A stretch of 64,000 bases of DNA from Lentimicrobiaceae bacterium. Lineage in GTDB: Bacteria; Bacteroidota; Bacteroidia; Bacteroidales; UBA4417. The notes under the pieces are model-generated. The model was not told the DNA's origin. It ran no database searches and worked only from the letters and a program-made list of their open reading frames with translations. Numbering within the stretch: position 1 is the stretch's first letter; every line of letters begins with the position of its first letter. A program made the position numbers and the translations under genes. Of the stretch, positions 53,191-63,460 are shown one piece after another. Where the stretch lies: contig JAVBOY010000012.1 in assembly GCA_031550085.1 (NCBI GenBank), forward strand, positions 83,689 through 147,688, in the 5' to 3' direction.

Positions 53191-54363
53191 ATGAAAGTGT
53201 TAGATGATGATTTATCTCCTTTTTTGTTCGGAAAAACAGTTGCGGAAAACAACTTTTTAAACCGGACAAAGGATATTGACCGGTTGTGGCTCAACTTGCG
53301 AAGCGGTATCAATACCATGCTTATATCGCCAAGGCGTTGGGGTAAATCATCTTTGGTGGAGTATACGGCATATTTGAAGGCGAATGAAAAACAAGTCAAG
53401 TGGTGTTTCCTGGATATGTTTGCCATCCGGGACGAAGTGGATTTTTATGAGCGGTTAAGCCGGGAACTTTTGAAAGCAACGTCTTCCAAATGGGAAGATT
53501 GGGTGAAATCGGCCAAAATCTTATTTAAGCAAATTATCCCCAAAATCCATATCGGAAGCGAGCCGGCATACGATTTTTCCGTCCGTTTCGAATGGGCAGA
53601 GTTAGAAAAACACAAAGACGAAATCCTGAATCTGCCGCAACGGATTGCCGAGAAACATGGAATTCAATTGATTGTGTGTTTGGATGAGTTTCAAAACATC
53701 CATACGTTTTCCGATGCCGAGAATTTTGAAAAACTTTTGCGGTCGCATTGGCAACATCATCAAAATGTGAGTTATTGCCTGTATGGCAGCAAGCGGACGC
53801 TGATGACGGATATTTTCAATAAAAAGAACCGCGCATTCTATCGTTTTGGCGATGTGATGATGCTGGATAAAATAGCTGCTGAGCACTGGGTTCCGTTTAT
53901 TACCGAAAAGTTTCAGCAGACCGGAAAACAGATCCCGCCATTATTAGCTGAAAAGATTGCCTCTTTGATGAAAAACCATCCTTACTATGTGCAGCAACTA
54001 TCGCATTATGTCTGGTCGGAAACCGTCAAAGAAGTAACCGTCGATCTGCTCCAAAGTGCTACGTTGCGGATGCTGGAAGTGAATCAGGCCCTGTACCAGT
54101 ACGAGGTCGAAAGTTTAAGCAATACACAAATCAATTTGTTGAAAGCCATTGTGAATGGGGAGACTCAGTTTACATCCTTGAGAATTATGCAAGAATACCA
54201 CATCGGGACTCCCCAAAATGTGAGTAAAAATATGAAAATGCTTGAAAAGCGCGATTTTATCGAACGGATCCATAAAAAGGCAGAATTGCTGGATCCGGCG
54301 TTTGAGCTTTGGTTCAGGAAGTATTATATGCAGAAGAATATTGATGCTATTTTTAATCAATAG
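53191..54363 (+). CDS. ATP-binding protein (Arch_ATPase/PF01637-like P-loop NTPase with C-terminal winged-helix, DUF234-type)
   Basis: FLNRTKDIDRLWLNL, Walker A SPRRWGKSSLV and Walker B LIVCLDEFQNI. The C-terminus (LLKAIVNGE..SKNMKMLEKRDFIE) resembles a wHTH. Confidence 0.8.
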   Translation: MKVLDDDLSPFLFGKTVAENNFLNRTKDIDRLWLNLRSGINTMLISPRRWGKSSLVEYTAYLKANEKQVKWCFLDMFAIRDEVDFYERLSRELLKATSSKWEDWVKSAKILFKQIIPKIHIGSEPAYDFSVRFEWAELEKHKDEILNLPQRIAEKHGIQLIVCLDEFQNIHTFSDAENFEKLLRSHWQHHQNVSYCLYGSKRTLMTDIFNKKNRAFYRFGDVMMLDKIAAEHWVPFITEKFQQTGKQIPPLLAEKIASLMKNHPYYVQQLSHYVWSETVKEVTVDLLQSATLRMLEVNQALYQYEVESLSNTQINLLKAIVNGETQFTSLRIMQEYHIGTPQNVSKNMKMLEKRDFIERIHKKAELLDPAFELWFRKYYMQKNIDAIFNQ

Positions 54364-54368
54364 TTTTG
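54361..54368 (+). promoter_or_regulatory. -7 box TAGTTTTG for kce
   Basis: Overlaps the ATPase stop codon and lies 44 nt upstream of ATG 54412. Confidence 0.35.
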
Positions 54369-54411
54369 CATTTCATTTTTGTAAAGTAATATGTATTAAA
54401 AATAAAGGATT

Positions 54412-55233
54412 ATGGAAAAATTAATTATTACGGCGGCTATTTGCGGCGCCGAAGTTCTAAAAGAACACAATCCTGCGGTTCCTTATACGGTGGCCGAGTG
54501 TGTTCGCGAGGCCAAATCGGCTTATGAAGCGGGAGCCAGCATTATTCATCTCCATGTGCGTTATGACGACGGCACCCCGACACAAGACAAAGCGCGCTTT
54601 AAGGAAGTGATCGATGCAATCAAAAAAGAAATTCCCGACGTGATTATCCAGCCTTCCACCGGAGGCGCTGTAGGAATGACCGACGACGAACGTTTGCAAC
54701 CGACCGAACTGAAACCCGAAATGGCTACCTTGGATTGCGGAACCTGCAATTTTGGCGGCGACGAAGTGTTTACCAATACCGAAAACACGATTAAATATTT
54801 CGGCAAACGCATGATCGAGTTGGGCATTAAACCGGAATTGGAGTGCTTTGACAAAAGCATGATTGAAATGGCCTTGCGCCTGCAAAAGAAAGGCTTTATC
54901 GGGCTGCCCATGCATTTTGATTTTGTGATGGGTGTGAATGGCGGTATTGGCGGCGATTTGCGCGATTTTATTTTTATGCGCGGCAGCATCCCGCCGGATG
55001 CAACCTATACCGTAGCCGGAATCGGGCGTTACGAATTTCCGCTGGCGATGGCGGCTATTATCGATGGCGGCCATGTGCGCGTGGGATTCGAAGACAATGT
55101 TTATTTGTCGAAAGGCGTATTGGCAAAATCAAACGGTGAGTTGGTGGCTAAAGTAGTCCGCATGGCGAAAGAATTGGGACGCGAAATTGCCACTCCCGAT
55201 GAAGCCCGGAGAATATTGGGACTGAAAAAGTAG
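54412..55233 (+). CDS. kce: 3-keto-5-aminohexanoate cleavage enzyme (BKACE/DUF849 family)
   Basis: MEKLIITAAICGAEV..NPAVPYT..ASIIHLHVR.DDGTPTQD..IIQPSTGGAVGMT..GHVRVGFEDNVY..GELV closely follows characterised Kce from memory. Confidence 0.9.
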   Translation: MEKLIITAAICGAEVLKEHNPAVPYTVAECVREAKSAYEAGASIIHLHVRYDDGTPTQDKARFKEVIDAIKKEIPDVIIQPSTGGAVGMTDDERLQPTELKPEMATLDCGTCNFGGDEVFTNTENTIKYFGKRMIELGIKPELECFDKSMIEMALRLQKKGFIGLPMHFDFVMGVNGGIGGDLRDFIFMRGSIPPDATYTVAGIGRYEFPLAMAAIIDGGHVRVGFEDNVYLSKGVLAKSNGELVAKVVRMAKELGREIATPDEARRILGLKK

Positions 55234-55323
55234 CCTAAGCCTTTCTTGAAGCGCTGCAACAAAAGCCTCAAAAGTTTGTTTTTTTTGTGAGATTCAGTAT
55301 CCGGGTGTATATTGATATTGTTT

Positions 55324-55331
55324 TAATTTTG
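55324..55331 (+). promoter_or_regulatory. -7 box TAATTTTG for the S41 peptidase gene
   Basis: 25 nt upstream of ATG 55356. Confidence 0.35.
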
Positions 55332-55355
55332 TATCCTTTTACCAAAATACTTTAT

Positions 55356-56963
55356 ATGACTATTTTCCGGAAGGCTTTTATTATAGCTGTTTTTTTGTTT
55401 GCTAACGGTTTTGCATTCTCTCAACGGTTACCGCAAGACCAAAGGGCGACTACTACCAAGTTTGCAACTTTGATGCAACTTATAGGTTATTATTATGTTG
55501 AAGATGCCGACCAACCGAAACTGGTCGAGGATGCTGTTATTGCCGTTTTAAAAGATTTGGATCCACACTCGGTTTACATCCCTAAAAAAGAAGTGGAGCG
55601 TATCAATGAACCGTTGCAAGGCAATTTTGACGGGATCGGCGTTTCTTTTCAACTGTATCACGATACCATTATGGTGGTTTCACCCATTGTAGGCGGCCCA
55701 TCAGAAAAACTAGGTATTCGTGCGGGTGACCGGATTATTAGAATTAACGGGGAAGAGGCTACCGGCCCTAAAATCAACAACCAGTTTGTGACCGACCGTT
55801 TGCGCGGACCCAGAGGCAGCGTGGTCGAGGTGAGCATTCATCGTGCCGGAGTAAACGGTTTGTTGGATTATTCGATTACACGGGATAAAATTCCGATCAA
55901 CAGCATTGATGCGATATACATGGTTGACAACGAAATCGGTTATATAAAACTCTCTCGTTTTGCACGCACTTCCATTGAAGAATTTACGGATGCAATTGCC
56001 CAGTTGAAAAAAGAGGGAATGAAAAGCTTGGTACTGGATTTGCGTGACAATGGAGGCGGTTATTTGGATGTGGCTTTTGAATTGGCCGACCAGTTTTTGT
56101 CGGCTGATAAATTGATCGTTTATACTTCGGGACTTAAAAGCCCGCGCCAGGATTACCGGTCTACATCTAAAGGCGTTTTTGAGAAAGGGAAGTTGGTAGT
56201 TATGATTGACGATGGTTCGGCTTCGGCCTCCGAAATCGTTTCGGGCGCCATACAGGATTGGGACCGCGGTTTAATCGTCGGTCGCCGTTCGTTTGGAAAA
56301 GGATTGGTGCAACGGCCTTTTATGTTACCGGATAGTTCGATGGTGCGCCTTACCACGGCAAAGTATTATACGCCTTCGGGACGTTGTATTCAAAAGCCTT
56401 ATGAAAAGGGCGCTGGAGACGATTACCGGAAGGACCTCTATAACCGTTATAAAGACGGTGAATTATTCCACGCCGACAGCATTAAATTGCCGGATTCGTT
56501 GAAATATCAAACAAGCAACAAGCGTACGGTTTACGGCGGAGGCGGTATTTTGCCCGATGTTTTTATTCCGTTGGACACTTCGTTTGCATCCAAATATTAC
56601 ATTGATATCCAACGCAAAGGACTTTTCAACGATTATGCCATGCAGTATGTGGATAAATCGCGTACGGAACTGCTTAAAAAGTATCCGGATGTAAAAACCT
56701 ATGTTGCGAAGTTTACGGATGATCAAAAATTGCTGAACGACTTTTTGGATTTTGTACAAACAAAAGGAATTGAACGGAATGAAGAGGGGATAAAAACGTC
56801 AGGCTCCTATATGACAACCGTATTGAAAGCCATGATCGCCCGCAATTTGTATAGTATCAATGCGTATTTTCAGGTTATTGAAAAAGAAGATACCGATTTG
56901 CAGCAGACGCTTAAGATCTTGAAAAACGACGCTGCATTTAGCAAGCTTACGTTTGTAAAATAA
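55356..56963 (+). CDS. S41 family C-terminal processing peptidase
   Basis: Signal peptide, PDZ domain (GIGVSF..SPIVGGPSEKLGIRAGDRIIRINGE) and catalytic region LVLDLRDNGGGYL..DDGSASASEIVSGA..GRRSFGKGLVQ. Confidence 0.9.
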   Translation: MTIFRKAFIIAVFLFANGFAFSQRLPQDQRATTTKFATLMQLIGYYYVEDADQPKLVEDAVIAVLKDLDPHSVYIPKKEVERINEPLQGNFDGIGVSFQLYHDTIMVVSPIVGGPSEKLGIRAGDRIIRINGEEATGPKINNQFVTDRLRGPRGSVVEVSIHRAGVNGLLDYSITRDKIPINSIDAIYMVDNEIGYIKLSRFARTSIEEFTDAIAQLKKEGMKSLVLDLRDNGGGYLDVAFELADQFLSADKLIVYTSGLKSPRQDYRSTSKGVFEKGKLVVMIDDGSASASEIVSGAIQDWDRGLIVGRRSFGKGLVQRPFMLPDSSMVRLTTAKYYTPSGRCIQKPYEKGAGDDYRKDLYNRYKDGELFHADSIKLPDSLKYQTSNKRTVYGGGGILPDVFIPLDTSFASKYYIDIQRKGLFNDYAMQYVDKSRTELLKKYPDVKTYVAKFTDDQKLLNDFLDFVQTKGIERNEEGIKTSGSYMTTVLKAMIARNLYSINAYFQVIEKEDTDLQQTLKILKNDAAFSKLTFVK

Positions 56964-57030
56964 TCCTTTGCAATTGGCAGGACATGCTGATGGAAACACT
57001 AACCATTCCGGACTTTTTTGTATTTCGTGG

Positions 57031-58023
57031 ATGAAAAAGATACTGCTTATCCAAACGGCCTCGATTGGGGATGTTATTTTAGCTACTCCCATTCTTGAAA
57101 AGTTACACGAATTTTATCCTGAAGCGGTGTTGGATATTTTTGTAAAAAAAGGGAACGAGGTTTTGTTTGAATCGCACCCTTTTTTACGCAAGGTGTATGT
57201 CTGGGACAAGCGCAGCCAGAAGTACAAGAACTGGCGAATTTTGCTTGGATCTGTGCGAAAGGAACGCTATGATCTCGTGGTAAATGTCCAGCGTTTTTTG
57301 ATGACGGGTTTGTTAACGGTGTTTTCCAAAGCCGGGCAAACGGTAGGATTCTCGAAAAATCCGCTTTCGGTTTTTTTCTCCAAACGGTTTCCACATCACA
57401 TTGCTTGCCGAAAAGGAGATCCGGTGGTGCACGAAGTAGACCGCAATCTCTCGTTGATCCGGCATTTGACCGATTCGATAAGTGTCCGTCCTCAATTGTA
57501 TCCGACTCCCGAGCAGTATGCAAAGGTTTCGCAGTTTAAAAGTAAAAAATACATTTGTATTGCGCCTACTTCTTTGTGGGCAACCAAGCAGTTTCCTAAG
57601 GAAAAATGGATCGAACTGATTCAAAAACTGGGTCCGGAAATCTCAATTTACTATCTTGGCGCTCCGGTTGATGCAGCGGTTTGCGACCAGATTATGGAAC
57701 ATACGCGCACTTCGAATGCCTGGAATCTTGCCGGAAAACTGAGCTTGCTCGAATCGGCGGCATTGATGCGCGATTCGGTAATGAATTTTGTCAACGATTC
57801 ATCGCCCATGCATTTGGCTTCGGCAGTCAATGCCAAGACGACAGCCATATTTTGTTCCACCATTCCCGAGTTTGGGTTCGGACCTTTGTCGGATGATCAT
57901 CAGGTGATTGAAATCACAGAAGACCTGTCTTGCCGACCCTGTGGATTGCATGGCTATAAGCAATGTCCTGAAAAGCATTTTAAATGCGCTTATCAAATTG
58001 ATGTGGACCGGATGTTGCTGTGA
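57031..58023 (+). CDS. glycosyltransferase family 9 (heptosyltransferase-like)
   Basis: MKKILLIQTASIGDVILATPILEKL...NDSSPMHLASA. Confidence 0.85.
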   Translation: MKKILLIQTASIGDVILATPILEKLHEFYPEAVLDIFVKKGNEVLFESHPFLRKVYVWDKRSQKYKNWRILLGSVRKERYDLVVNVQRFLMTGLLTVFSKAGQTVGFSKNPLSVFFSKRFPHHIACRKGDPVVHEVDRNLSLIRHLTDSISVRPQLYPTPEQYAKVSQFKSKKYICIAPTSLWATKQFPKEKWIELIQKLGPEISIYYLGAPVDAAVCDQIMEHTRTSNAWNLAGKLSLLESAALMRDSVMNFVNDSSPMHLASAVNAKTTAIFCSTIPEFGFGPLSDDHQVIEITEDLSCRPCGLHGYKQCPEKHFKCAYQIDVDRMLL

Positions 58024-58052
58024 TCCCCATTTGTTCAAGAAATATCTATTCT

Positions 58053-58086
58053 ATAAAAGAAAACTGCCGGACATCCATCCGGCAGT
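58053..58086 (-). terminator. rho-independent terminator of ppdK
   Basis: 9-bp stem actgccgga/tccggcagt (58063-58086). The - strand continues with tttcttttat. Confidence 0.7.
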
Positions 58087-58104
58087 CTTCGTAATAAAAC
58101 AGGC

Positions 58105-60843
58105 TTACTTATTTTTCTTTTCGGCTTTGATCGACGATTGTGCTGCTGCCAAGCGTGCGATGGGAACGCGGAAAGGCGAGCAGGAAACGTAGTTTAAGCC
58201 TGATTTAAAGCAGAATTCAACCGAAGCCGGATCGCCGCCTTGTTCGCCACAAATACCCACTTTCAGTTTCGATTTGGTTTTACGTCCTTTATCCACAGCC
58301 ATTTCAATCAATTGGCCTACGCCGTTTTGGTCGATGGTTTGGAACGGATCGGCAGGGATCAGTTTTTTGTCGGTATAATCATGTAAGAAGGCGCTGGCAT
58401 CGTCGCGGCTGAAACCAAAGGTCATTTGGGTCAAGTCGTTGGTTCCGAACGAGAAGAAATCGGCTGTTTCGGCCATTTTGTCTGCCAACAAGCAAGCTCG
58501 CGGAATTTCGATCATGGTTCCGTACAAATAGTCGATTTTTTTCACTTTCTTTGCTTTGCAAACTTCGGCGTAAACGCGATCCACGATTTTCTTGGTGAAA
58601 TCCAATTCCGAAACATCACAAGTAACGGGTACCATAATTTCGGGCATCGGTTTTTTGCCTTCTTCAAGCAATTCTGCCGTTGCTTCGAAAATAGCGCGGA
58701 TTTGCATTTCGCTAACTTCGGGATAGGTAACGCCCAAGCGAACGCCACGGTGTCCCATCATGGGATTGGTTTCGTGCAATTCTTCGCCGCGTTTTTGAAC
58801 ATCTTTCAATTTAATTCCCATCGCATCAGCCAACTCTTGTTGTTTGGCTTTTTCGGTAGGAACAAATTCGTGCAAAGGCGGGTCTAACAAACGGAAGGTT
58901 ACCGGAAGGCCGTTCATGACTTCCAAGGTGGCTTTCATATCGCGCTTCACGAATGTGAACAGGTCTTTCAATGCTTTGCGGCGATCGGCTTCGGTTTCAC
59001 TCAAAATCATTTTACGCAAGTGGAACAAAGGTTTTTCGGAGCCTTTCCCGTAGAACATATGCTCGGTGCGGAACAAACCGATACCTTCTGCACCATATTC
59101 ACGAGCAGTTTTAGCATCTTCTGCTGTTTCAGCATTGGTGCGGACACCCATCACACGGTATTTGTCCACCATTTTCATGAAAGCCTGGAAACGCGGATTT
59201 TCAGAAGCATCCATCAAATCCAGGGTTCCGTTGTAAACATAGCCTTTGGTTCCGTTTAATGTCAATACATCGCCTTCTTTGATAACAATGTTCGTGTCTT
59301 TGATTTTGGCTACTTTTTTGGTTTCGTCTACTTCCAAAGCACCGGCGCCGACAATGCAGCATTTTCCCCAACCACGGGCAACCAAAGCTGCGTGCGAGGT
59401 CATTCCGCCCAGAGCCGTCAACAAACCATCGGCAGCGCGCATACCGTCAACATCTTCAGGATTGGTTTCTTTGCGAAGCAAAATTACTTTTTTGCCTTTG
59501 CGGCTCCAGGCAACGGCATCTTCGGCGGTAAACACCACCTGACCGACCGAAGCTCCGGGTCCTGCAGGCAAACCTTTTACAATCACTTTTGCTTTCTTTT
59601 CAGCATTGGGATGCACAATGGGGTGCAACAATTCGTCCAATTGAGCGGGTTCTACGCGCATGACAGCAGTTTTTTCGTCAATCAGTTTTTCCTTCAGCAT
59701 GTCCATGGCCATGTTCAAAGCAGCGGTTCCGGTGCGTTTCCCTACTCGGCATTGCAACATATAAAGTGTTCCGTCTTGAATGGTGAACTCGATATCCAGC
59801 ATGTCTTTGTAGTTTTTCTCCAAAATATCGCGGATGTCGCACAATTCTTTATAGGTTTTTTTCATCATTTCTTGCATCGAAGGCAAGTGTTTGTTTTGCT
59901 CGTTTTTGGTGTCGTTGTTCAACGGGCTGGGAGTACGGATCCCGGCAACGACGTCTTCGCCTTGTGCATTTACCAACCATTCGCCGTAGAATTGGTTTTC
60001 GCCGGTAGCAGGGTTGCGGGTAAAAGCAACGCCGGTGGCAGAAGTATCGCCCATGTTTCCGAATACCATGGCTTGTACGTTAACAGCCGTTCCCCAATTA
60101 TCGGGAATGCTTTCGATACGGCGGTATGAAATCGCTTTTTTACCATTCCAACTCTTGAAAACGGCTTTAATACCGCCCATTAATTGTTCTTTCGCATCGT
60201 CGGGAAATTCCTTTTTCAATACTTTCTTAATGGTTTTTTTGAACGTGTCCGCCAACGATTGCAAATCTTCGGTTGTGAGGTCGGTGTCGGATTGGTATTT
60301 CTTTTTGTGTTTGTATTCATCCAGTATTTCATCCAACATTTTGCGGATGCCTTTTCCTTCTGCGGGTTCAAGATCTTCTGCCTTTTCCATTACCACGTCG
60401 GCATACATCATGATCAAGCGGCGGTAGGAGTCGTAAACAAAACGCGGGTTGTTGGTTTTTTTGATCAATCCGGGAATGGTAGCCGAACACAAGCCGATGT
60501 TGAGAACGGTATCCATCATGCCGGGCATCGAAGCACGGGCGCCGGAACGGCAAGACATCAAGAGCGGATTTTCTTTATCGCCGTATTTCATGCCCATGGC
60601 TTTCTCCACTTTTTTCATGCCTTCCCACACTTCGTCCATCAAGCCTTTGGGTAATTCGCATTTGTTGGCGTAATAAGCCATACAACATTCGGTTGTAATG
60701 GTCAATCCAGCCGGAACCGGTAATCCTAATAAACACATTTCAGCAAGGTTTGCGCCTTTTCCGCCCAACAGGTTTTTCATGTCGGCTTTCCCTTCGGCTG
60801 ATTTCCCGCCAAAATAGTATACATACTTTTCTTGTGTTGCCAT
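58105..60843 (-). CDS. ppdK: pyruvate, phosphate dikinase
   Basis: 912 aa. MATQEKYVYYFGG..GKADMKNLLGGKGANLAEM. The phosphohistidine region is GGMTSHAALVARGWGK, and the PEP-utilising C-terminal domain has GICGE. Confidence 0.97.
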   Translation of the reverse strand: MATQEKYVYYFGGKSAEGKADMKNLLGGKGANLAEMCLLGLPVPAGLTITTECCMAYYANKCELPKGLMDEVWEGMKKVEKAMGMKYGDKENPLLMSCRSGARASMPGMMDTVLNIGLCSATIPGLIKKTNNPRFVYDSYRRLIMMYADVVMEKAEDLEPAEGKGIRKMLDEILDEYKHKKKYQSDTDLTTEDLQSLADTFKKTIKKVLKKEFPDDAKEQLMGGIKAVFKSWNGKKAISYRRIESIPDNWGTAVNVQAMVFGNMGDTSATGVAFTRNPATGENQFYGEWLVNAQGEDVVAGIRTPSPLNNDTKNEQNKHLPSMQEMMKKTYKELCDIRDILEKNYKDMLDIEFTIQDGTLYMLQCRVGKRTGTAALNMAMDMLKEKLIDEKTAVMRVEPAQLDELLHPIVHPNAEKKAKVIVKGLPAGPGASVGQVVFTAEDAVAWSRKGKKVILLRKETNPEDVDGMRAADGLLTALGGMTSHAALVARGWGKCCIVGAGALEVDETKKVAKIKDTNIVIKEGDVLTLNGTKGYVYNGTLDLMDASENPRFQAFMKMVDKYRVMGVRTNAETAEDAKTAREYGAEGIGLFRTEHMFYGKGSEKPLFHLRKMILSETEADRRKALKDLFTFVKRDMKATLEVMNGLPVTFRLLDPPLHEFVPTEKAKQQELADAMGIKLKDVQKRGEELHETNPMMGHRGVRLGVTYPEVSEMQIRAIFEATAELLEEGKKPMPEIMVPVTCDVSELDFTKKIVDRVYAEVCKAKKVKKIDYLYGTMIEIPRACLLADKMAETADFFSFGTNDLTQMTFGFSRDDASAFLHDYTDKKLIPADPFQTIDQNGVGQLIEMAVDKGRKTKSKLKVGICGEQGGDPASVEFCFKSGLNYVSCSPFRVPIARLAAAQSSIKAEKKNK

Positions 60844-60900
60844 AATTCTTTTTGTTTTTGATATTTTAATAAAATAAAATAGTTTTCTTTAAAAAGCGCA

Positions 60901-60908
60901 CAAAATTA
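60901..60908 (-). promoter_or_regulatory. -7 box TAATTTTG for ppdK
   Basis: + strand text caaaatta, 58 nt upstream of ATG 60843. Confidence 0.4.
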
Positions 60909-61021
60909 CAATAATGTGATGAGAAAACCATAAGAATTGTTTCTTAATTATTGCTCAAAACCAAATTTAAACGGCCTATTTTGGGCTTTGTCCGGCGGGG
61001 ATGAGAAATTTTGGAAAGTGT

Positions 61022-61029
61022 TATCTTTG
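61022..61029 (+). promoter_or_regulatory. -7 box TATCTTTG for the GH25 gene
   Basis: 20 nt upstream of ATG 61049. Confidence 0.4.
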
Positions 61030-61048
61030 CACCAAGTTTTTGATTTTT

Positions 61049-61837
61049 ATGCCAAAAAAACCGGCCAAAATACTGGGTGTTACCTTTGCGCTGATTGGGA
61101 TTTTGTTTTTTGTCCTCTGGTTTGTTACCGTCGGATTCGACTGGATTCAAGATCGAATTTTATACGGGCGCCCCGTATATGAAAAACACGCTTCGTTCGG
61201 CATTTCCATACCGGCGCAGTATTCGATCAATGGTATCGACGTATCGCACCATCAGGGGAAGATCGATTGGAAACAGGTGGCTACCATGCGTTCAAACGGC
61301 AAGCAGATCTCTTTTGTATTTATCAAAGCGACGGAGGGAATTTCGCGCCAGGACCGCCATTTTGACCGGAACTGGAAAGGGGCGAAAAATAACAAACTGA
61401 TCCGGGGTGCTTATCATTTCTATTATCCGTCGCGTGATCCGGTAAAACAAGCCCAGAATTTCATTGAAAATGTAACGCTTTCTCCGGGTGATTTGCCGCC
61501 GGTTTGCGATATCGAAAAAACCAACGGGCGGTCGCGCAAACAGATTCAGGAGGATTTGAAGGTGTTTTTGAAAGAACTTGAAAATCAATATAAGAAGAAG
61601 CCCATCATTTACACTGGGGCAGATTATTACGAAAAATATTTGTCCGGTGCCTTTGATGAGTATCCGCTTTGGTTGGCTTACTACGCCAATGAGGAAAAAT
61701 TAATTGAAAATTACAACCACGAATGGCACTTTTGGCAACACAGCGAAAGCGGTTTTGTGGACGGAATTACCGGGAAGGTTGATTTTAATGTCTTTAAAGG
61801 CGGGACCAATCAGCTGAAACGCCTGTGCCTTCAATAA
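61049..61837 (+). CDS. glycoside hydrolase family 25 muramidase with N-terminal membrane anchor
   Basis: TM helix ILGVTFALIGILFFVLWFV is followed by GIDVSHHQGKIDW..FVFIKATEG..DRHFDRNW..GAYHFY. Confidence 0.85.
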   Translation: MPKKPAKILGVTFALIGILFFVLWFVTVGFDWIQDRILYGRPVYEKHASFGISIPAQYSINGIDVSHHQGKIDWKQVATMRSNGKQISFVFIKATEGISRQDRHFDRNWKGAKNNKLIRGAYHFYYPSRDPVKQAQNFIENVTLSPGDLPPVCDIEKTNGRSRKQIQEDLKVFLKELENQYKKKPIIYTGADYYEKYLSGAFDEYPLWLAYYANEEKLIENYNHEWHFWQHSESGFVDGITGKVDFNVFKGGTNQLKRLCLQ

Positions 61838-61838
61838 T

Positions 61839-62417
61839 TTATTTGCGGATAATGTCGTAATTCCCGTCTTCGTAAAGGCGGACCATGGTGGAGGTTTTTA
61901 CTTGTATCAGCATGTCTTGTTTGTACTCCACAATGTAATCAACATGGCTTTTTATTTCTTCCGAAATTTGGCTGAATGTGATGGCGGTCGGCTCTCCCGA
62001 GATATTTGCCGAGGTCGACACCAACGGTTTATCTAATTTCCTGAGTAGCTGTTGGCAAAAATCGTCTTTGGGAATCCGGATGGCGATGGTCCGGTCGGCA
62101 GCATGCAGGTTGGGCGGCAGATTCCGCACATTCGAATAGATGACGGTGGTGGGCGTCGTCATGTTCGACAGCAGGTCGGCTGCAATATCGGGTACTTTTT
62201 CGATGTACCGGTAAATTTTTTCGAAGGAATCGAGCAAAATAATCAGGCTTTTCGACTCGACGCGTTGCTTGATTTGGAAGACGCGGTTAATGGCGGCTTC
62301 ATTGGTGGCATCGCAACCGATTCCCCAAACGGTATCGGTCGGATACAAGATTACGCCGCCTTCTTGGATGACAGCGTATGCTTTTTCGATGTCCGCTTGA
62401 AAAGGATCATTAGCCAT
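61839..62417 (-). CDS. tsaC: L-threonylcarbamoyladenylate synthase (TsaC/YrdC family)
   Basis: GGVILYPTDTVWGIGCDATNEAAINRVFQIKQR..PLVSTSANISGEP. ATG 62417 was chosen as the start. Confidence 0.9.
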   Translation of the reverse strand: MANDPFQADIEKAYAVIQEGGVILYPTDTVWGIGCDATNEAAINRVFQIKQRVESKSLIILLDSFEKIYRYIEKVPDIAADLLSNMTTPTTVIYSNVRNLPPNLHAADRTIAIRIPKDDFCQQLLRKLDKPLVSTSANISGEPTAITFSQISEEIKSHVDYIVEYKQDMLIQVKTSTMVRLYEDGNYDIIRK

Positions 62418-62445
62418 GGGTCGATTTTTAATGAATGCTTGTTGA

Positions 62446-63261
62446 TTAAACAGCCACGTTGTATTCACGTAAGGCTTCGTTGAGCGATGTTTTCAAATTG
62501 GTGGATTCTTTCCGTTGACCGATAATCAAAGCGCAAGGTACCTGAAAGTCGCCGGCGGGAAATTTTTTGGTATAACTTCCAGGAATTACGACCGAACGTT
62601 CGGGTACCAAACCTTTGTATTCTTGTGGCGTTGCTCCGGTTACGTCGATAATTTTGGTGGAACCGGTAATCACAACATTGGCGCCCAGAACCGCACCTTT
62701 GCATATACGGGCTCCTTCGACGACAATGCAGCGCGAACCCAAAAAGCAATCGTCTTCTACAATAACCGGCGAAGCTTGAACAGGTTCCAGCACACCGCCA
62801 ATTCCCACGCCGCCACTCAAATGGACGTTTGCTCCGATTTGTGCGCAGGAACCTACCGTAGCCCAGGTGTCAACCATGGTTCCGGAGCCCACCCACGCGC
62901 CGATATTTACATAGGATGGCATCAAAATAACGCCTTCGGACAGATAGGATCCGTAACGCGCCACCGCATGCGGCACCACACGGACGCCCTGCTGGTTGTA
63001 ATTGGTTTTCAGCGGAATCTTGTCATGAAATTCGAACGGCTTGCATTCGATGGTTTCCATTTTTTGAATGGGGAAATACAGAATAATGGCTTTTTTAACC
63101 CATTCATGAATTTGCCAATCGCTACCCTGAGGTTCTGCCACACGGAGTTCTCCTTTATCCAACCGATCGATCACAGTCCGGATCATGTTTTGAACTTCCG
63201 GTTTTTGCAGCAATGCCCGGTCATTCCAAGCGTCGTTAACGATGTTTTTTACCTGTTCCAC
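62446..63261 (-). CDS. dapD: 2,3,4,5-tetrahydropyridine-2,6-dicarboxylate N-succinyltransferase
   Basis: AWNDRALL..VIDRLDKGELRVAEP...hexapeptide repeats (GANVHLSGGVGIGGVLEP). The start is uncertain: GTG 63261 gives MEQVKN.., and the listed TTG is at 63294. Confidence 0.9.
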   Translation of the reverse strand: MEQVKNIVNDAWNDRALLQKPEVQNMIRTVIDRLDKGELRVAEPQGSDWQIHEWVKKAIILYFPIQKMETIECKPFEFHDKIPLKTNYNQQGVRVVPHAVARYGSYLSEGVILMPSYVNIGAWVGSGTMVDTWATVGSCAQIGANVHLSGGVGIGGVLEPVQASPVIVEDDCFLGSRCIVVEGARICKGAVLGANVVITGSTKIIDVTGATPQEYKGLVPERSVVIPGSYTKKFPAGDFQVPCALIIGQRKESTNLKTSLNEALREYNVAV

Positions 63262-63408
63262 AAATATTCCTGATTTGACGTTCAAAAATAACAATATTCT
63301 GTGGATGAGTTCCGGATTTTTTTGAAAAAATGATTTTCAAAATGTATTCAATTCTTTTCGAATTCGGCGATTGGTTTCTTTTCCCTAAGATTGATTTCAG
63401 CGTAACCA

Positions 63409-63439
63409 AAAAAAATAACGGCGGTGATTGCCGCCGTTG
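63409..63439 (-). terminator. rho-independent terminator
   Basis: 8-bp GC-rich stem aacggcgg/ccgccgtt (63418-63439), followed on the - strand by eight T. Confidence 0.75.
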
Positions 63440-63460
63440 CTAATAAAAAAAAATCCGTGT

